Source of the DNA: the human T2T-CHM13v2.0 reference genome, Homo sapiens
DNA: 64,000 nucleotides
Reading direction: 5' to 3' (one strand)
Assembly: GCF_009914755.1 (NCBI RefSeq)
Contig: NC_060937.1
In this document: positions 60,270 to 64,000 of the stretch, piece after piece
How the letters are laid out: every line of letters begins with the position of its first letter
Numbering within the stretch: the first letter of the stretch is position 1
The notes under the pieces: generated by a model
Told to the model about the DNA's origin: nothing
Databases searched by the model: none
The model's input: only the letters and a program-made list of their open reading frames with translations
Translations under genes and position numbers: made by a program

Positions 60270-63200
60270 AAGTACCCAAAATATATATTGTATACTGTAC
60301 ATAAAATATGAAGGTACGTCAAAGATATATTATATCCTGTACATAAAATATCAAAGTACACCAAATATATATTATATGCTGTACATAATATATTAAAGTC
60401 GACCAAATATATATTATATACTGTACATAAAATATGAAGGTACCTCAACTATATATTATATGCTGCACATAAAATATCAAAGTACCCAAAGTATGTATTA
60501 TATACTGTACATAAAATATCAAAGTACCCAAAGTATATATTATATACTGTACATAAAATATAAAATACCCCAAATATATATTATATGCTGTACATAAAAT
60601 ATCAAAGTACACAAAATATGTATTATGTACTGTACATACAATATAAAGGACCCAAAATATATACTATATACTGTACATAAAATATCAAAATACCCAAAAT
60701 ATATATTATATACTGTACATAAAGTACCAAAGTACCCAAAGTATATATTATATACCGTACAAAAAATATCAAAGTAGCCAAAATATGTATTATACACTGT
60801 ACATAATATATGAAAGTACCCAAACATTTATAATAAACTGTACATAAAATATCAATGTACTCAAACTATGTATTATGTGCGGTACATAACATATCAAAGT
60901 ACCCATACTATATAGTATGTACTGTACTTAAAATATCAAAATACCCAAAATATATATTATATACGTTACATAAACTATCAAATACACAAAGTATGTATTA
61001 TATACTGCACATAAAATAGCAAAGTTCCCAAAATATGTATTATATACTGTACATAAAATATGAAAGTACCCAACCATTTATAATAAACTCTACATAAAAT
61101 ACCAAAGTACCCAAACTGTGTATTATATACTGTCCATAAAATATCAAAGTACCCAAAATATATATTGTAAACTGTACATAAAATATCAAAGTAGCCAAAA
61201 TACATATTGTATACTGTACATAAAATATGAAAGTACCCCAAATATGTATTATATACTGTACATAAAATATCAAAGTACCCATAATACATATTATATACTG
61301 TACACAAAATATCAAAGGACCCAAAATAAACATTATATACTGTACATAAAATATCCAAATACTCAAAATATATATTACGTACTGTACATAAAATATCAAA
61401 GTAACCAAATTATGTATTATATACTGTACGTAAAATATCAGAGTACCCAAAATATGCGTTATATACTGTACATAAAATATGAAAGTAACAAAACATTTAT
61501 AATAAACTGTACATAAAATATCAAAGTACTCAAACTATATATCATATACTGTACATAAAATATCAAAGTACCCAAACTGTGTATTATTATATACTGTATT
61601 TAAAATATCAAAGTACCTGAAATATATACTGTATACTGTACATAAAATATCAAAGTACCCAAAATATATACTATATACTGTACATAAAATATGAAGGTAC
61701 ATCAAATATATATTATATCCTGTACATAAAATATCAAAGTACACCTATTATATATTGTGTACTGTACATAATATATTAAATCGCCCAAATATATATTGTA
61801 TACTGTATATAAAATATGAAGGTACTTCAAATATATATTATATGCTGCACATAAAATATCAAAGTACCCAAAGTATGCATTACATACTGTACATAAAATA
61901 TCAAAGTACACATATTATCTATTATATAATGTACATAAAATATGAAGGTTCATCAAATATATATTATATTCTGTACATAATATATCAAAGTACATCAAAT
62001 ATATATTATATACGGTACATAAAATATCAAATTCCCCAAAATATGCATTATTTACTGTACATAAAATATGAAAGTAACCAAACATTTATAATAAACTGTA
62101 CATAAATTATCAAAGTACTCAATCTACATATTATATACAGTATATAAAATATCAAAGTACACAAACTGTATATTATATACTGTACATAATATATCAAAGT
62201 ACCCAGAATATATAGCATACTGTACATAAAATATCAAAGTACCCAGAACGTATATTGTATACTGTACATAAAATATGAAGGTACATCAAAGATATATTAT
62301 ATTCTGTACATAAAATATCAAACTACACCAAATATATATTATATGCTGTACATAATATATTTAAGTTGCCCATATATACATTATATTCTGTACATAAAAT
62401 ATGAACGTACATCAAATATATAGTATATGCTGCACATAAAATATCAAAGTATCCAAAGTATGTATTATATACTGTACATAAAATATCAAAGTACCAAAAG
62501 TATATATTACATACTCTAAATAAAATATGAAGGTACCTCAAATATATATTATATTCTATACATAAAATATCAAAGTACACCAAGTATATACTATATATTC
62601 TGCATAAAATATTAAATTACCCGAAATATGTATTGTATTGTGTACATAAAATATGAAAGTAACCAAACATTTATAATAAACTGTACATAAAATATCAAAG
62701 TACTCAAACTGTATATTATATACTGTACATAAAGTATCAAAGTACCCAAACTGTGTAGTATATACTGTACATAAAATATCAAGGTACCCAAAATATATAT
62801 TGTAAACTGTAGATAAAATATCAAAGTACCCAAAATATATATTATATACTGTACATGAAATATGAAGGCACATCCAATATATATTATACTCTGTACATAA
62901 AATATCAAAGTACACCAAATGTATATTATATACTGTACATAAAATATCAAAGTACCCAAAGTGTATATTATATACTGTACATAAAATATGAAGGTTCATC
63001 AAATATATTTTATATTCTGCACATAATATATCAAAGTACAGCAAATACATATTATATACTGTACATAAAATATCAAAGTACCCAAAATATGTATTATATA
63101 CTGTACATAAAATATGAAAGTAACCAAACATTTATAATACACTGTACATAAAGTATCAAAGTACTCAAACTACATATTATATACAGCATATAAAATGTCA

Positions 63201-64000
63201 AAGTACCCATACTGTATATTATATACTGTACATAATATATCAAAGTACCCGAATATATAGCATACTGTACATAAAATATCAAAGTACCCAAAGTGTGTAT
63301 TATACACTGCACATAAAATATGAAGGTACATAAAATATATATTGTATTCTGTACATAAAATATCAAAGTACTCCAAATATATATTATATGCTGTACATAA
63401 TATATTAAAGTCGCCCAAATATATATTATATACTGTACATAAAATATGAAGGTACGTCAAATATATAGTATATGCTGCACATAAAATATCAAAGTACCCA
63501 AAGTATGTATTATATACTGTACATAAAATATCAAAGTACCCAAAGTATATATTATATACTGTACATAAAATATAAAATACCCCAAATATATATTATGTGC
63601 TGTACATAAAATATGAAAGTACACAAAATATGTATTATGTACTGTACATAAAATATCAAAGGACCCAAAATATATATTATATACTGTACATAAAATATAA
63701 AAATACCCAAAATATATATTATATACTGTACATAAATTACCAAAGTACCCAAAGTATATATTATGTACCGTACAAAAAATATCAAAGTAGCCAAAATATG
63801 TATTATACACTGTACTTAATATATGAAAGTACCCAAACATTTATAATAAACTTTACATAAAATATCAATGTACTCAAACTATATATTATGTGCGGTACAT
63901 AAGATATCAAAGTACCCATGCTATATAGTATATACTGTACTTAAAATATCAAAATACCCAAAATATATATTATATACGTTACATAAACTATCAAATACAC
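60270..64000 (+). repeat. 8,410-bp super-repeat copy 3 (truncated by window end)
   Basis: Matches copy 2 at +8410 (52568/60978, 54684/63094, 55047/63457). Confidence 0.88.

Larger units (their letters stand above)
1..64000 (+). repeat. Human satellite 1A (HSat1A / SAR / classical satellite I) tandem array, 42-bp monomer
   Basis: Consensus CTGTACATAAAATATCAAAGTACCCAAAATATATATTATATA repeats head-to-tail across the whole window. Two GTAC (RsaI) sites per monomer give alternating 17- and 25-bp fragments, the classical satellite I A/B units. Very AT-rich and CpG-poor. No non-satellite sequence or strand switch seen. Confidence 0.97.

Noticed and set aside
281-63860. Several hundred ORFs of 60-197 aa rich in Tyr/Ile on both strands
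   Set aside because: 42 bp is 14 codons, and three frames of the consensus lack stops, giving periodic translations (YFDILCTVYNIYFG, YILYIKYQSTQNIY, TLIFYVQYIIYILG). They overlap in several frames, end at HOR indels and show no domain, so they are not genes.
1-64000. CRISPR-like repeat/spacer reading (conserved CTGTACATAAAATAT with variable intervals)
   Set aside because: The intervals are diverged copies of the same monomer, not unique spacers, and there are no cas genes or leader.
1-64000. Alpha satellite, CENP-B boxes, HSat2/3, HSat1B
   Set aside because: No 171-bp period, no CENP-B box, no CATTC repeats and no Alu-derived segment.
1-64000. Inversions or transposon insertions
   Set aside because: The reverse-orientation monomer and non-satellite sequence were not seen when reading through the window.
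1-64000. Origin from an AT-rich protist or organelle genome
   Set aside because: The monomer and its 17/25-bp RsaI structure match human satellite I, and there is no genic content. A great-ape orthologue cannot be excluded without alignment.

Overview
The whole 64-kb window is one uninterrupted, single-orientation, very AT-rich tandem array of a 42-bp monomer (consensus CTGTACATAAAATATCAAAGTACCCAAAATATATATTATATA), about 1,530 copies. The two GTAC sites per monomer, spaced 17 and 25 bp apart, identify it as human classical satellite I (HSat1A, RepeatMasker SAR). Monomers form a 3,013-bp, 72-monomer higher-order repeat (HOR), consistent with the pTRI-6 subfamily of chromosome 13 (minor chr21); that assignment is from recall and needs an alignment. 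There are no genes: every listed ORF is a 14-aa periodic translation of the repeat. What the window does show is array architecture: a 79-mer variant, A/B HOR alternation, a heavily rearranged middle (about 16-43 kb) with mappable deletion junctions, long-offset duplications, and a young 8,410-bp super-repeat over the last 20 kb. Two monomer-level hypotheses stand out: a 13-1-13 quasi-palindrome whose recurrent variants perfect the dyad, and a Pumilio element (UGUACAUA) in most monomers on the + strand. I found no evidence of a new protein-coding system.
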